Shown: piece by piece, positions 45,787-55,128 of the stretch | Position numbering within the stretch: the first letter of the stretch is position 1 | Layout: every line of letters begins with the position of its first letter | Source of the DNA: Limisphaerales bacterium | GTDB lineage: Bacteria > Verrucomicrobiota > Verrucomicrobiia > Limisphaerales > SIBE01 | Assembly: GCA_044225505.1 (NCBI GenBank) | Contig: JBGAIN010000030.1 | Location: 1-59,283, forward strand | DNA: 59,283 bases | Reading direction: 5' to 3' | Made by a program: the position numbers and the translations under genes | The notes under the pieces: model-generated | What the model was told of the DNA's origin: nothing | Seen by the model: only the letters and a program-made list of their open reading frames with translations | Databases searched by the model: none

Positions 45787-48170
45787 AAAGACTCGTAATC
45801 CTTGGCGAAGAGCGTCGTGTCCAGCTGCTGCACTTCGGAGTATTGCCGTTTCGCTTCCGCGAGTTCCTCGCCGAAGATTTGAAGCGCTTGGGCGACCTGT
45901 CCGTCCGAGTCCCGCCAGCGTCGCAAGATTTCCTCGGCAAACTCGTCACTGGTAAATTTCTCACCTAGGATGAGTCCCGTCTCACCCACGACCAATTCAA
46001 ACAGGTTCAGCTTCTCCTGCAGGATCTGGAGCAAATGCTCCTGCAGCGTGCCCGCTTGCACGATATTGTTGATCTGGACAGGATGCTTCTGACCGAGCCG
46101 ATGCAAGCGCCCGATCCGCTGCTCTATCTCCATCGGATTCCAGGGCAAATCAAAATTCACAAGTCGATGGCTGAACTGCAGATTACGCCCTTCCGTGCCG
46201 CTATGGGTCAAAAGCAAGGCGCCTCCCTGCGCACGAAACTGCTCGGTCAACGGTTGACGTTCGGGTGCGGGAGTTTGTCCGTTAATGACAACGGTCGACA
46301 CGCCCGCGCGCCGAAGATGATCCGCTAGCGCCGCTTGAGTCTGAAGGAACTGCGTGAAGATGACCACACCCCCTTCGCCTTTGGTTAAGGGCGTCAGCGC
46401 TTGGCACTTCTTGCTCCAACTCACTTCCAACGGTGCCTGTTCGCTCCAGCGGTTCGCCGCGGCACGATCGGGAAATGATCGTAGTGCTTCCCGCCAGGCT
46501 GCCGGACTGCTTCCCGCCGCCTGCAAAAGCAATCGTCCCCAGAGACTGCCTTGACTGGCGTTCAAGTCCGCCAGCCGCAACCGAAGCTCCCCATCCCAGG
46601 CCTGCCAAAATTGCCTCTCCGCATCGTCCGGCTCAAAAACGACCGTCTCCGCCCGGCGCGGTGGCAATTGAATCCCGGCGTTGGCGCGAGTATTGCGAAT
46701 CATGACCTGGCCGAGCAGTCGGCGGAGCTCCTCGGGTTCCTTCGGATGGTGAGGCCTTTTGGGATCGACGAAACGGGCTCGGAATTCTTTGGGCGACGGC
46801 AGCTGACCCGGTTGCAGGAGCGTGACCAGATTATACAGTTCCTCGAGCGAGTTCTGCACTGGCGTCGCCGTGAGGAGCAGCAGGAATTGCCGGGGCAGCG
46901 CGCTGATCGCTTGCCATGCCTGTGAAGTGCGGTTCCGGAGATAGTGCGCTTCGTCAACGATGAGGAGGTCCCACGTGACCGACTGAGCCACGGCCAGTTG
47001 GGCCGGTTGTTTCAAGGTGTGGAGAGAGGCCACAATGCCCAAGTTCTGCCGCCAAAATCCTTCCGGATCATTCCGGACGGCGGAGCGATTCGTCGTGGCC
47101 ACGGTTAAGTGAAACTTCTCGGCCAGCTCTTCTTCCCATTGATCCACCAGAGACGGCACTGTGATCACCAGGAACCGTTTGACCATGCCCCGGGTCAGAT
47201 ACTCTTTTAGAACCAGACCCGCTTCAACGGTTTTGCCCAAGCCCACTTCGTCGGACAACAAAGCGCGCCCGCGCAGCGGCCCAATAACCCGGAGTGCTGT
47301 GCGAATCTGGTATTCCAATCGTTGGATGCTGCAATACGGCAACGCCAGCAGATCGTCTGATTGATTCGACACCCACCAAAGGGCCGCTCGTTCGCGCAAC
47401 GAATAGCCGCGTAAGTCGGTAATCGGTAATAGGGTCTCCTGCAGAGAGAGCACGGGCACCTCGAGCTGCACGGGCACCTCTGGCACAGGGAGCTTGAGCG
47501 GCGCCGGAGTGACAGCCTGGCTGGGCGAAACATTCATGGCTCGCTCCGCCTTGGCTGCGTCGCGGCGCCGTGGTGCTGCAACGGCAGGCCGCGACGCTTC
47601 TCCAGTCTGTGCGCGCATCGCCTCCGGTCGGGGCCGCACCGGTTCCGTCTTGGAAGCAAGCCGCGTCGACCGCACTCGCCCGGACGCAGGCTGCGACGTC
47701 TGGCGGCGCTGCGCTTCGTGCCAGGTCAGCGTCATTTCTGTCCCCATTCGCAGGATCTCGTTCTCCAGCCATTCCCACGGGGCACCTTGAGTTCCCCAAT
47801 TCGAGATTGAACGTGCGCAGCGCTTTCTGGGCCGAGTTTCATCCGGACCGATCTCGAGGGCGGTGATTTCCGCGTCTGGACTGATGCGTTTCTTGATTTT
47901 ATCGATCTGAGCACGAATCCTTTCGCGACTCAGGGGGATTGGCTCGTCGCGGTTCTCGATGGCCCGCTTCCATTGCAAAACATTCGGCGCGACACAGCGA
48001 ACGCGGACATGTTCAGCGAGAGGTGCCACCTTCGGCGTCTCATAGAATGTCAAATCAATGTATCCATCCGCGTAATTCACATGGATCTGCACGCCGCGCC
48101 AAAGAGGAGAAGGGGCTTCCGCTTTCGGCGCAAAGAGCTCTGGTTGATTCTGATTATTGCGTTTGGACAT
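45783..48170 (-). CDS. SNF2-family (RapA/YqhH-like) helicase/ATPase
   Basis: LSDEVGLGKT, LIVDEAH, LLTATP, VIFTQF, GTEGRNLQ, NFDLPWNPMEIEQRIGRLHRLGQ. Confidence 0.93.
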   Translation of the reverse strand: MSKRNNQNQPELFAPKAEAPSPLWRGVQIHVNYADGYIDLTFYETPKVAPLAEHVRVRCVAPNVLQWKRAIENRDEPIPLSRERIRAQIDKIKKRISPDAEITALEIGPDETRPRKRCARSISNWGTQGAPWEWLENEILRMGTEMTLTWHEAQRRQTSQPASGRVRSTRLASKTEPVRPRPEAMRAQTGEASRPAVAAPRRRDAAKAERAMNVSPSQAVTPAPLKLPVPEVPVQLEVPVLSLQETLLPITDLRGYSLRERAALWWVSNQSDDLLALPYCSIQRLEYQIRTALRVIGPLRGRALLSDEVGLGKTVEAGLVLKEYLTRGMVKRFLVITVPSLVDQWEEELAEKFHLTVATTNRSAVRNDPEGFWRQNLGIVASLHTLKQPAQLAVAQSVTWDLLIVDEAHYLRNRTSQAWQAISALPRQFLLLLTATPVQNSLEELYNLVTLLQPGQLPSPKEFRARFVDPKRPHHPKEPEELRRLLGQVMIRNTRANAGIQLPPRRAETVVFEPDDAERQFWQAWDGELRLRLADLNASQGSLWGRLLLQAAGSSPAAWREALRSFPDRAAANRWSEQAPLEVSWSKKCQALTPLTKGEGGVVIFTQFLQTQAALADHLRRAGVSTVVINGQTPAPERQPLTEQFRAQGGALLLTHSGTEGRNLQFSHRLVNFDLPWNPMEIEQRIGRLHRLGQKHPVQINNIVQAGTLQEHLLQILQEKLNLFELVVGETGLILGEKFTSDEFAEEILRRWRDSDGQVAQALQIFGEELAEAKRQYSEVQQLDTTLFAKDYESL

Positions 48171-48296
48171 CGGACCGGCCTCGGAAGAGCGTTCCTCTCA
48201 CGAAGTGAATCGTCAAGCTTTGGACGCGCCAGGCCTCGCCCCCGGTCCGAATCCCAGCTTGGCCTCGCGAAGGCCGCTGGGATAGGCTGCGGCTGC

Positions 48297-49004
48297 ATGA
48301 ACCCAGATTACGTGGATGGGATCAAGTGGTACCTGGCGTTTCTCGTCTCTACGGCGTGCCATGAGGCAGCCCATGCCTGGTCCGCCCAACGCCTCGGCGA
48401 CGACACGGCAGCGTTAGGCGGACAAACCAGTCTCAATCCCGCGGTCCACATCCGCCGGGAACCTTTCGGCATGGTCGTGGTCCCGATCCTCTCCTACGTC
48501 CTGGGAGGGTGGATGGTGGGATGGGCCAGCGCGCCCTACAATCGAAATTGGGCCGCCATGTATCCGCGTCGCGCTGGCGCCATGGCCCTGGCAGGCCCGG
48601 CGGCCAACTTGGTATTGCTGCTCGTTGCGGCATTACTTTGCCGAGTGGGCTGGGAATGGGGCGTCTTTCGTCCGTCTCCCCACGCGGGGATGCTGCGTAT
48701 TGTGACGGGAATTGGGCCATCCGACGGTGGTTGGGCGTTCGTGGCCAAAATGGTGAGCGTCTTTTTCTCGTTAAACCTGCTGCTGTTCACGTTCAATCTA
48801 CTGCCGGTGCCTCCATTGGATGGCAGCGCCGCGCCGCTGCTCGTTCTGCCACCGCACTGGGCGGACAAGTATCAAGCGCTGCTGCAACAGCCTGCCTGGG
48901 CCTGGATGGGGCTGCTGCTGGCATGGAAGCTGTCCGACATTGTCTTCCCAGTGGTGTTTTCGGCGGCGACAAACGTGCTTTACTCCACCATGTCCCTGAG
49001 GTAA
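48297..49004 (+). CDS. Site-2 protease (M50) family membrane metalloprotease
   Basis: HEAAH, LGDDTA, ALAGPAAN, FNLLPVPPLDG; ATG at 48297. Confidence 0.92.
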   Translation: MNPDYVDGIKWYLAFLVSTACHEAAHAWSAQRLGDDTAALGGQTSLNPAVHIRREPFGMVVVPILSYVLGGWMVGWASAPYNRNWAAMYPRRAGAMALAGPAANLVLLLVAALLCRVGWEWGVFRPSPHAGMLRIVTGIGPSDGGWAFVAKMVSVFFSLNLLLFTFNLLPVPPLDGSAAPLLVLPPHWADKYQALLQQPAWAWMGLLLAWKLSDIVFPVVFSAATNVLYSTMSLR

Positions 49005-49040
49005 GACGAAAACGAGCGTGAACCCCTTTTCTCTTCATCC

Positions 49041-49958
49041 ATGCGAACTACGAGTCACATCTTGAGACGTTGGATCTGGTGCATCCTTGTCGGCAGTACG
49101 CTGCTCGCGCAGAATTGCGTCTGGGGCGCTTCCGCAGAAAATGAGGCGCGCATTTCCGAGATCAAATCGATGGCGCAGCGCATCCACTACAAAGAAGGCC
49201 AAATTGAGCTGCGCGGCGGGTTGGCAACTTTGCATCTGACCGAGGAATTTCGGTATGTCGACCCGGCTGGGACGGAAACGATCCTCACGGGTATTTGGGG
49301 TAATCCGTCGTCGTCGCAGAGACCGCTTGGGTTGATCGTTCCCAAAGGCTTTAGTCCATTCGCGACCAACACCTGGTGTGTGGTGGTGAGCTTTGAAGAG
49401 GATGGCTACATCAAGGATGACGACGCTGCCAAGCTCAACTACGCCAAGTTGCTCAAGCAGATGCAGGAGTCGACCAAGGAAGCCAACGCCGAGCGCGTGA
49501 AGAGCGGCTACCCGAGTGTGGAATTGATCGGCTGGGCGACCCCTCCCCGATACGATGCGGCCACGCACAAACTCTTTTGGGCTAAGGAAATCAAGTTTGG
49601 CGATGCCTCGAACGGGAATACGCTCAACTATAATCTCCGCTACCTCGGGCGCGAAGGAGTCCTCGTCCTCAACGTCGTCTCGGGAATGTCGCAGTTTAAG
49701 GAAGTGGAAGCGGCCGCGCCCGAGTTGCTACGAATGGTCGATTTCAATGAAGGTCATCGCTATGCCGATTACAAACCGGGGACTGACAAGGTAGCTACCT
49801 ATGGGTTGGCAGCTCTGGTTGCAGGCGGCATTGCTGCAAAAACCGGACTGTTGAAAGGGTTGCTTCTCGGCATTGTTGCCATGAAGAAGTTCATCATTAT
49901 CGGGTTGGTGGCTGCAGGCGGTGCCGTGAGCCGAATCTTCAAGCGCCGCGACGCTTGA
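49041..49958 (+). CDS. DUF2167 family membrane-anchored protein
   Basis: WGNP, EEDGYIKDDDA, LIGWATPPRYD, LNYNLRYLGREGVL, FNEGHRYADY, DKVATYGLAALV. Confidence 0.88.
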   Translation: MRTTSHILRRWIWCILVGSTLLAQNCVWGASAENEARISEIKSMAQRIHYKEGQIELRGGLATLHLTEEFRYVDPAGTETILTGIWGNPSSSQRPLGLIVPKGFSPFATNTWCVVVSFEEDGYIKDDDAAKLNYAKLLKQMQESTKEANAERVKSGYPSVELIGWATPPRYDAATHKLFWAKEIKFGDASNGNTLNYNLRYLGREGVLVLNVVSGMSQFKEVEAAAPELLRMVDFNEGHRYADYKPGTDKVATYGLAALVAGGIAAKTGLLKGLLLGIVAMKKFIIIGLVAAGGAVSRIFKRRDA

Positions 49959-49988
49959 GCTCGGCGTCGCTATCGCCCACGCTGTCTT

Positions 49989-52130
49989 CTACTGGGTAAC
50001 CACGCGGAAAAACCGCTGCGCTGCGGTGCTGGACGGCGACGTGGCCAGGAAGCTTCCATTCTCGGTCCCAGGTTGCACCGTCGCTGCCTCATCGACAGTC
50101 CACGGTCCGGCCGGATCGAGGGCGGATTGGATCTGGTAGCTGGCGTTGTTGGAATTCGTCACGCTAAATCCAATCTGGAGCCCCCCGTTCGTTGGGCGCC
50201 GCACAGAAGTAATCCGCAAAACCGGCGTCGTGCTGATTTGGGCGACCACCGTCTTGCCCGGGCCCCAGGGCAGCAATCGATCGAGAATGCGCGGCCGAAC
50301 ACTCAACTCAAACGTTCCAATCTCGCTCGGTTGGAATGGAAAGGAAGGCGTGGCGGGAATTTCGGCGACGACTTCGTCGGCGATGCGGTCGCCGTTAAAG
50401 ACGGCAATCTCGTCGATGTGAAAGCCAACGGCCGCATCGGTCTGGCTGAAGAACGTGCCCCCTAAGTAGTCGTAAACAAACCGAACGTTAATCTCCTGCC
50501 CTGCAAGATTGCCCAACGGAATCAACTGATTATTGAAGCTGCTATCCCCGACGTTGCCCGTTCCCACTTGGGTCCAAACGTCCTGCCAATTGAGTCCGGT
50601 ATTGACGCTGATCTGCGCGCGCGCCACCTGGTCGGAAGCAGCCCAACTCAAGCGGCTGGCGAATCGTAATTGCGTGTCGGATCGGACGCGGAAAGTCCCA
50701 TTCAGCTGCAGGTATTGATCTTCTGGAGCGGAGTTCGTTCCACCAGGCCGGGGATGCGCCAAGTGAAATGAATTTTGACCCGCAGCACGCACCACATTAT
50801 CGATCACGGCGTATCCAGGAGTGGTTTGAGCGGTGACACCGGCCAACCCAGCTTCGGCACCTTCACTGCCAGTGACGGGAATCAAACGGTTCGAACGCCA
50901 CTGGTAGCGAGTCGCTCCGCCAACGACAGGGAATGTGTAGGTATTGTCCTGGCCCACGGCCGGACGATCAGGCCCGGAAAGCACCGGAGGTGAGTAGGAC
51001 AAAACGTGGTCCAATTTCACGTTGTCATTGGTTACCGAAAGAGGCGAAGTAACGTCGGCCAGGCCGGGCACTTGGACTGTCACCGAGTAACTGCCGGGTC
51101 CAGGCACCGGCACGGAATAACCACCGGAGTTCGCGCTCACTCCATAAAACGTAGACCCTGGCACCACCACGCGCACTCCGCCAACTCCCTCACCCAGATC
51201 GTATTGGCTGTTCCCGTTCAAGTCATAATACACCACGCCAGTGACAAACGGGCTGAGCCCCTGCCGATTCCCAAAGTCCTGTGTGACCAACTGCGGCCCC
51301 ACCGGGGCCTCATCCGACGGAGGCACCGGACTCTTGGTTCCGGTCACGATCCCAATTCCAATCTCACGGAAAGTCGCGTCATGGATATTCAATCGATGGC
51401 CGGGTGGGTTTTGCATCCCGCCAACCGAGGAAGGAGCGTTACCCCAATCCACTTCAAAGCCAGCGTGACCATGTTCGACCGACTGCGCATACGCGAAGAC
51501 ATTCTCTCCAATATTGATCCAAGAATATCCTTCGTCCGTGGCACGTTCGGCGAACCCGCGGCCATCAGAGCCGTTGTGCGCCTGAAAAACATGGTCTAGC
51601 ATATCCTGACTGTGCAACCGGGCCGCCGTCGTCAGCAGCGGATTGAAAGAAAGGGGCGGAGCGGCGGGCAACGAGGCGATAGCGTTCGCCATAAGATCCA
51701 AATCCACGGAGAACATGTCGAAGTTCAGGACCAAGTCCGCGTCCTGGCTGGATTTCAAGCGGGCTCCTTCAGCGGCAGGGTTGCGACGTGCTCGATTGAT
51801 GTATTCGAGATAGAGCTGTTCCAAATCGGTCGGTGAACCGATCGTATACGGACTTGTTCCGGTCGGGACGGCCATTCGCTGGACAAAAGCCCGACTCGAC
51901 GGCTGGCGGGTCAACGCTGGTACCGATGGGGGCGGCGCTGGCGTGCGATCGGGAGTGTCCAGCTCCGGGACGGCCAGTGATGACGCCAAGGTCAAACCCA
52001 AGGCAAAGCCAGACACCGCGCGCCACCGACACAAGCACGCCAAACTTCGTCCCGCGAGACGATTCCTGGGGAAAGACTTCTCGGACTTCGTGGACTGGCC
52101 CATCGGGAATTGGGTAAGGCTTATCATCAC
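49989..52130 (-). CDS. Secreted CAP/SCP-domain protein with Ig-like and C-terminal domains
   Basis: EQLYLEYINRARRNP, ARLHSQDM, GENV, PGHRLNI, EIGIG, VTQDFG, GVVYYDLNGN; ends QRFFRVVTQ. Start uncertain. Confidence 0.88.
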   Translation of the reverse strand: MMISLTQFPMGQSTKSEKSFPRNRLAGRSLACLCRWRAVSGFALGLTLASSLAVPELDTPDRTPAPPPSVPALTRQPSSRAFVQRMAVPTGTSPYTIGSPTDLEQLYLEYINRARRNPAAEGARLKSSQDADLVLNFDMFSVDLDLMANAIASLPAAPPLSFNPLLTTAARLHSQDMLDHVFQAHNGSDGRGFAERATDEGYSWINIGENVFAYAQSVEHGHAGFEVDWGNAPSSVGGMQNPPGHRLNIHDATFREIGIGIVTGTKSPVPPSDEAPVGPQLVTQDFGNRQGLSPFVTGVVYYDLNGNSQYDLGEGVGGVRVVVPGSTFYGVSANSGGYSVPVPGPGSYSVTVQVPGLADVTSPLSVTNDNVKLDHVLSYSPPVLSGPDRPAVGQDNTYTFPVVGGATRYQWRSNRLIPVTGSEGAEAGLAGVTAQTTPGYAVIDNVVRAAGQNSFHLAHPRPGGTNSAPEDQYLQLNGTFRVRSDTQLRFASRLSWAASDQVARAQISVNTGLNWQDVWTQVGTGNVGDSSFNNQLIPLGNLAGQEINVRFVYDYLGGTFFSQTDAAVGFHIDEIAVFNGDRIADEVVAEIPATPSFPFQPSEIGTFELSVRPRILDRLLPWGPGKTVVAQISTTPVLRITSVRRPTNGGLQIGFSVTNSNNASYQIQSALDPAGPWTVDEAATVQPGTENGSFLATSPSSTAAQRFFRVVTQ

Positions 52131-52144
52131 CAGCCCCCAACTAT

Positions 52145-52160
52145 AGCACGATTCCTGCCG
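52145..52160 (-). promoter_or_regulatory. Candidate sigma54 (-24/-12) promoter upstream of the CAP gene
   Basis: Minus strand CGGCAGG-AATC-GTGCT versus consensus TGGCACG-N4-TTGCW; GG and GC are correctly spaced. Confidence 0.35.
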
Positions 52161-52381
52161 TGCGAAACCAGCATGTCCAGGCCAACTCCGCGATTGGCAT
52201 TGTGCCGAGTCCAGACAGGTGTGGCCGAGCGACCGAGCGCCGGGACTACGCTCTCGTAACGGGTTGATTTGCAGGCAGCCTCTGCGGCTGGCGCTTTTGG
52301 AATGCCCCCTGCCCTATGGGACAACGTGAATTCTCGGGGGTTTCCGCCCGTATCAACACTGCAGTTCAGCCATCCGTTGAA

Positions 52382-55090
52382 TCACGGGCCCGTGTTTTGG
52401 CGGCGCACTTGGTAAAACTCCGCGCCACGCTCCGCAGCAGGCACAACATACTCGGTGACCGGGAAATGGCCTGGAACTGTCGGACCGGATTGAAAACCGC
52501 TGCCCAAAAGGCCGGTCGATTCAAGTCCGTATGACTCCCCGTCCAGGCCGGGCCAGCTCAATCGCAGGTAGCCTGGAGCGAGTTCCGTCAAATCAATCCC
52601 GAATAGAGCGGCCGGTGCCGTTGGATCCATCCCAATCGCCTGCTCGCGCGCGTTATTGAATCCGTCATGATCCGGATCGTCCTGCGGGCCTTGGTCCAGG
52701 TTGCCAAACCACTTCATTTCCCAGTAGTCATCGAGACCGTCCGCATCGCGGTCAGTGATTTTCACCCCTTGCAATATCAGTTCCGCGTAAGTGACCGACC
52801 CGGTCGCAGCGCGCGTTCCCGAAGGGAATGTGCGCAAGGTGGTATTCCGCTCGTCGCTAACCTCCAGTCGCCATTCGCCGGCGCTGCTTTCGTAGAAATG
52901 TTGTGCAGTCCAGTAGGTCCAGTCGACCGGACCTCGGGTGGTGTCAGCGTTGATCGACTGCAAGACCGAACGGGTGCCCATGGGCGAGACCAGCGTCACA
53001 CGCACGTCCGCCCGTTGAGTGTGGGTCGTCTTCAGACGCACCCCGATATGTTCGCAAATGAGGGTCTCGCTGATCGGAATACGATAGACCGCCGGAGTGA
53101 GCCGAATCATCCCGGTAGTCTCCGGGTGCGCACTGATGAAATCGCGCAGGGCTTGACCGTCACTTAACCCGATACTGACCGCTGGAATGGGGACAAAGGT
53201 CGTGCCACCCAGCGCCTGAATCTGATTCGTGCCTTGGTTATTGTAGATGATAGCAAAGGCCGCCCCAGCCCGCGCGGCTCGCTCAATTTTCTCTACAAAT
53301 AGACTTTGGCCCCGCTCGATCAGAGCTCCTTTCCCATGCAAATCGACCGTGATCTCTTCGTTGGCCATGCCAACATCAACGAGAGGCAAGGCCTGAGTGG
53401 GCGTGTCCGCGTGGGGTCCGAGACTCGGCAGGCAACGGATGGCCGTGAAGCGAACTGGAATATCGGGTGCTGCGCAGACCACACGCAACGCATCATCGGG
53501 AATGTCTTGCCGCACGGTGTTGGTGGCATGCACGACTTCCAGGGGTGGGTGATTGGACCACGCCTTGGCCAGTCGCACCGCCAAGCCCGCGTCTGGAACG
53601 CCGTAGCCTACGTTATGGCTGACCCACAAGCCCGCACCGTTCCGACGTAGATCCGGGTCCGAAACGTCATAGTGGTGAGCACTCTGCAGCAGGATCTGCT
53701 GCACGTCTCGGTATCCGAGATCGGGATTCGCACTGAGGATCAGCGCTGCGACGCCCGCCACTTGGGGACTGCTGGCCGACGTGCCGTCAAAGAAGGCATA
53801 GTTTCCCTCGTCGCCACTGGTCGTATTGTATCCGTCGCTGCCAGTGCGGTCAGTGGTAAGAACGTCTGGCGCATCGGGATCTGTGGCATCGGCCTGACCA
53901 TCCCCATTGGTATCCAGCACGTCGCCGCTCGGAGCCGCGACCAGTAAACAGGCGCCTGGGCTGCTATAACTGGTGGCACGCCCGTCCTTGCGCACAGCCG
54001 CGACCGCGATCGCGCGGGGATCGGTCGCATAACCGTCGTCGTTCGCGTTGATCAGCTCTTCGCGTTCATTGCCAGCCGCACGGACCAGCACCACGCCCAG
54101 CCCGTGCCGGCCGCGGTTGACGGCATTCTCAATGCCTGCATTGGAAAGCGCATCGATCGGAGAAAAACTGGTGCTGGTACTTCCCCAGCTGTGATTCTGC
54201 ACAGACACACGGTTGGATGCGGATTGAAACATGTTCATCAACTGTTCATCGGTCACGAAGCTCTCCACACCCCGAAACGATGTCCCGAAAATGACCCAAC
54301 TCGCCAAGCGCGCTGCCGGAGCTACACCAGCCACCCCGACCTGGTTGTCCACAGAAGCCGCAATTAGCCCGGCGACACAGGTAGCGTGATTGGCATCGCT
54401 CGACGCGGGTCCACCGTTCGCCCGACTCCGATAAAAGTTGTAGCTGACAGACGCATCCGCTCGTTCGGAAAGCTCCGGATGATCGAGTTGAAATCCGTCG
54501 TCGGCCACGGCGACGAGCACGTTTTCTCCTCGCGTCAAAGGCCAGGCTGCGCGCACGTTAAGATCTGGGCCAGCCCGTTTCCAATCCGGGCCACGGTTCT
54601 CGAGATGCCACTGTTGCGGAAAGAGTGGGTCGTCCGGCAACGGACCGTAGCGATCATGTTTCTTGAACGGGCGACGCATCATCGGGTAACTCGCCAAAAC
54701 GCCCTCCATGGCGGCCAACTCCGACGCCAGCTGAATTGCGGCAAAACTGTCTTTCGCCTGCAGTATGAACAAATCAGCGCTCACCGCCCGCACGAGCGTC
54801 AACGCCCGTCCTGCGAGATAGTTCTGAAGCGTCTGCCCGGCGTCAATTTGAAGCACGACGCGGCTCCCGAGATCCACCGTTTGCGTTGTCCCTTCCAACG
54901 TTGCTTGAGTCCAGGACTCCTCCCCCAGAGAGGCGGAGGTGAGCTGAGCCGCAGGTGACAGGACCTCTTTTGCAACCGAATATTCCCTGGGAATTGGCTC
55001 GCGAAAGGTGAACTGGACCGTGTCGTTCGTCTGAGCACGCACACCTGCGGCCAGCAGAAGCATTAAGCTACAGCAAATCCATCTGTCCAT
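52382..55090 (-). CDS. Secreted kexin/furin-like S8 protease with PA and P (proprotein convertase) domains
   Basis: DPLFPQQWHL, VAVADDG, HATCVAG, AAGN, GTSASSPQVAG, YRDVQQIL, SHNVGYG; PA-like GALIERG...AIIYNN; P-domain TLVSPMGT...GEWRLEVSD. Confidence 0.92.
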   Translation of the reverse strand: MDRWICCSLMLLLAAGVRAQTNDTVQFTFREPIPREYSVAKEVLSPAAQLTSASLGEESWTQATLEGTTQTVDLGSRVVLQIDAGQTLQNYLAGRALTLVRAVSADLFILQAKDSFAAIQLASELAAMEGVLASYPMMRRPFKKHDRYGPLPDDPLFPQQWHLENRGPDWKRAGPDLNVRAAWPLTRGENVLVAVADDGFQLDHPELSERADASVSYNFYRSRANGGPASSDANHATCVAGLIAASVDNQVGVAGVAPAARLASWVIFGTSFRGVESFVTDEQLMNMFQSASNRVSVQNHSWGSTSTSFSPIDALSNAGIENAVNRGRHGLGVVLVRAAGNEREELINANDDGYATDPRAIAVAAVRKDGRATSYSSPGACLLVAAPSGDVLDTNGDGQADATDPDAPDVLTTDRTGSDGYNTTSGDEGNYAFFDGTSASSPQVAGVAALILSANPDLGYRDVQQILLQSAHHYDVSDPDLRRNGAGLWVSHNVGYGVPDAGLAVRLAKAWSNHPPLEVVHATNTVRQDIPDDALRVVCAAPDIPVRFTAIRCLPSLGPHADTPTQALPLVDVGMANEEITVDLHGKGALIERGQSLFVEKIERAARAGAAFAIIYNNQGTNQIQALGGTTFVPIPAVSIGLSDGQALRDFISAHPETTGMIRLTPAVYRIPISETLICEHIGVRLKTTHTQRADVRVTLVSPMGTRSVLQSINADTTRGPVDWTYWTAQHFYESSAGEWRLEVSDERNTTLRTFPSGTRAATGSVTYAELILQGVKITDRDADGLDDYWEMKWFGNLDQGPQDDPDHDGFNNAREQAIGMDPTAPAALFGIDLTELAPGYLRLSWPGLDGESYGLESTGLLGSGFQSGPTVPGHFPVTEYVVPAAERGAEFYQVRRQNTGP

Positions 55091-55128
55091 ACGATGCTAC
55101 GGAACTGGTTTCCGACTTTTGGTTCTGG

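Noticed and set aside
48171..48296. SOS/LexA-type palindrome upstream of the SNF2 gene
   Set aside because: No convincing palindrome of that type was seen, only short GGCCTCG recurrences.
49800..49958. DUF2167 C-terminal hydrophobic segment and basic tail as an exosortase (PEP-CTERM-like) substrate
   Set aside because: No PEP or VPDSG motif; this tail is normal for the family.
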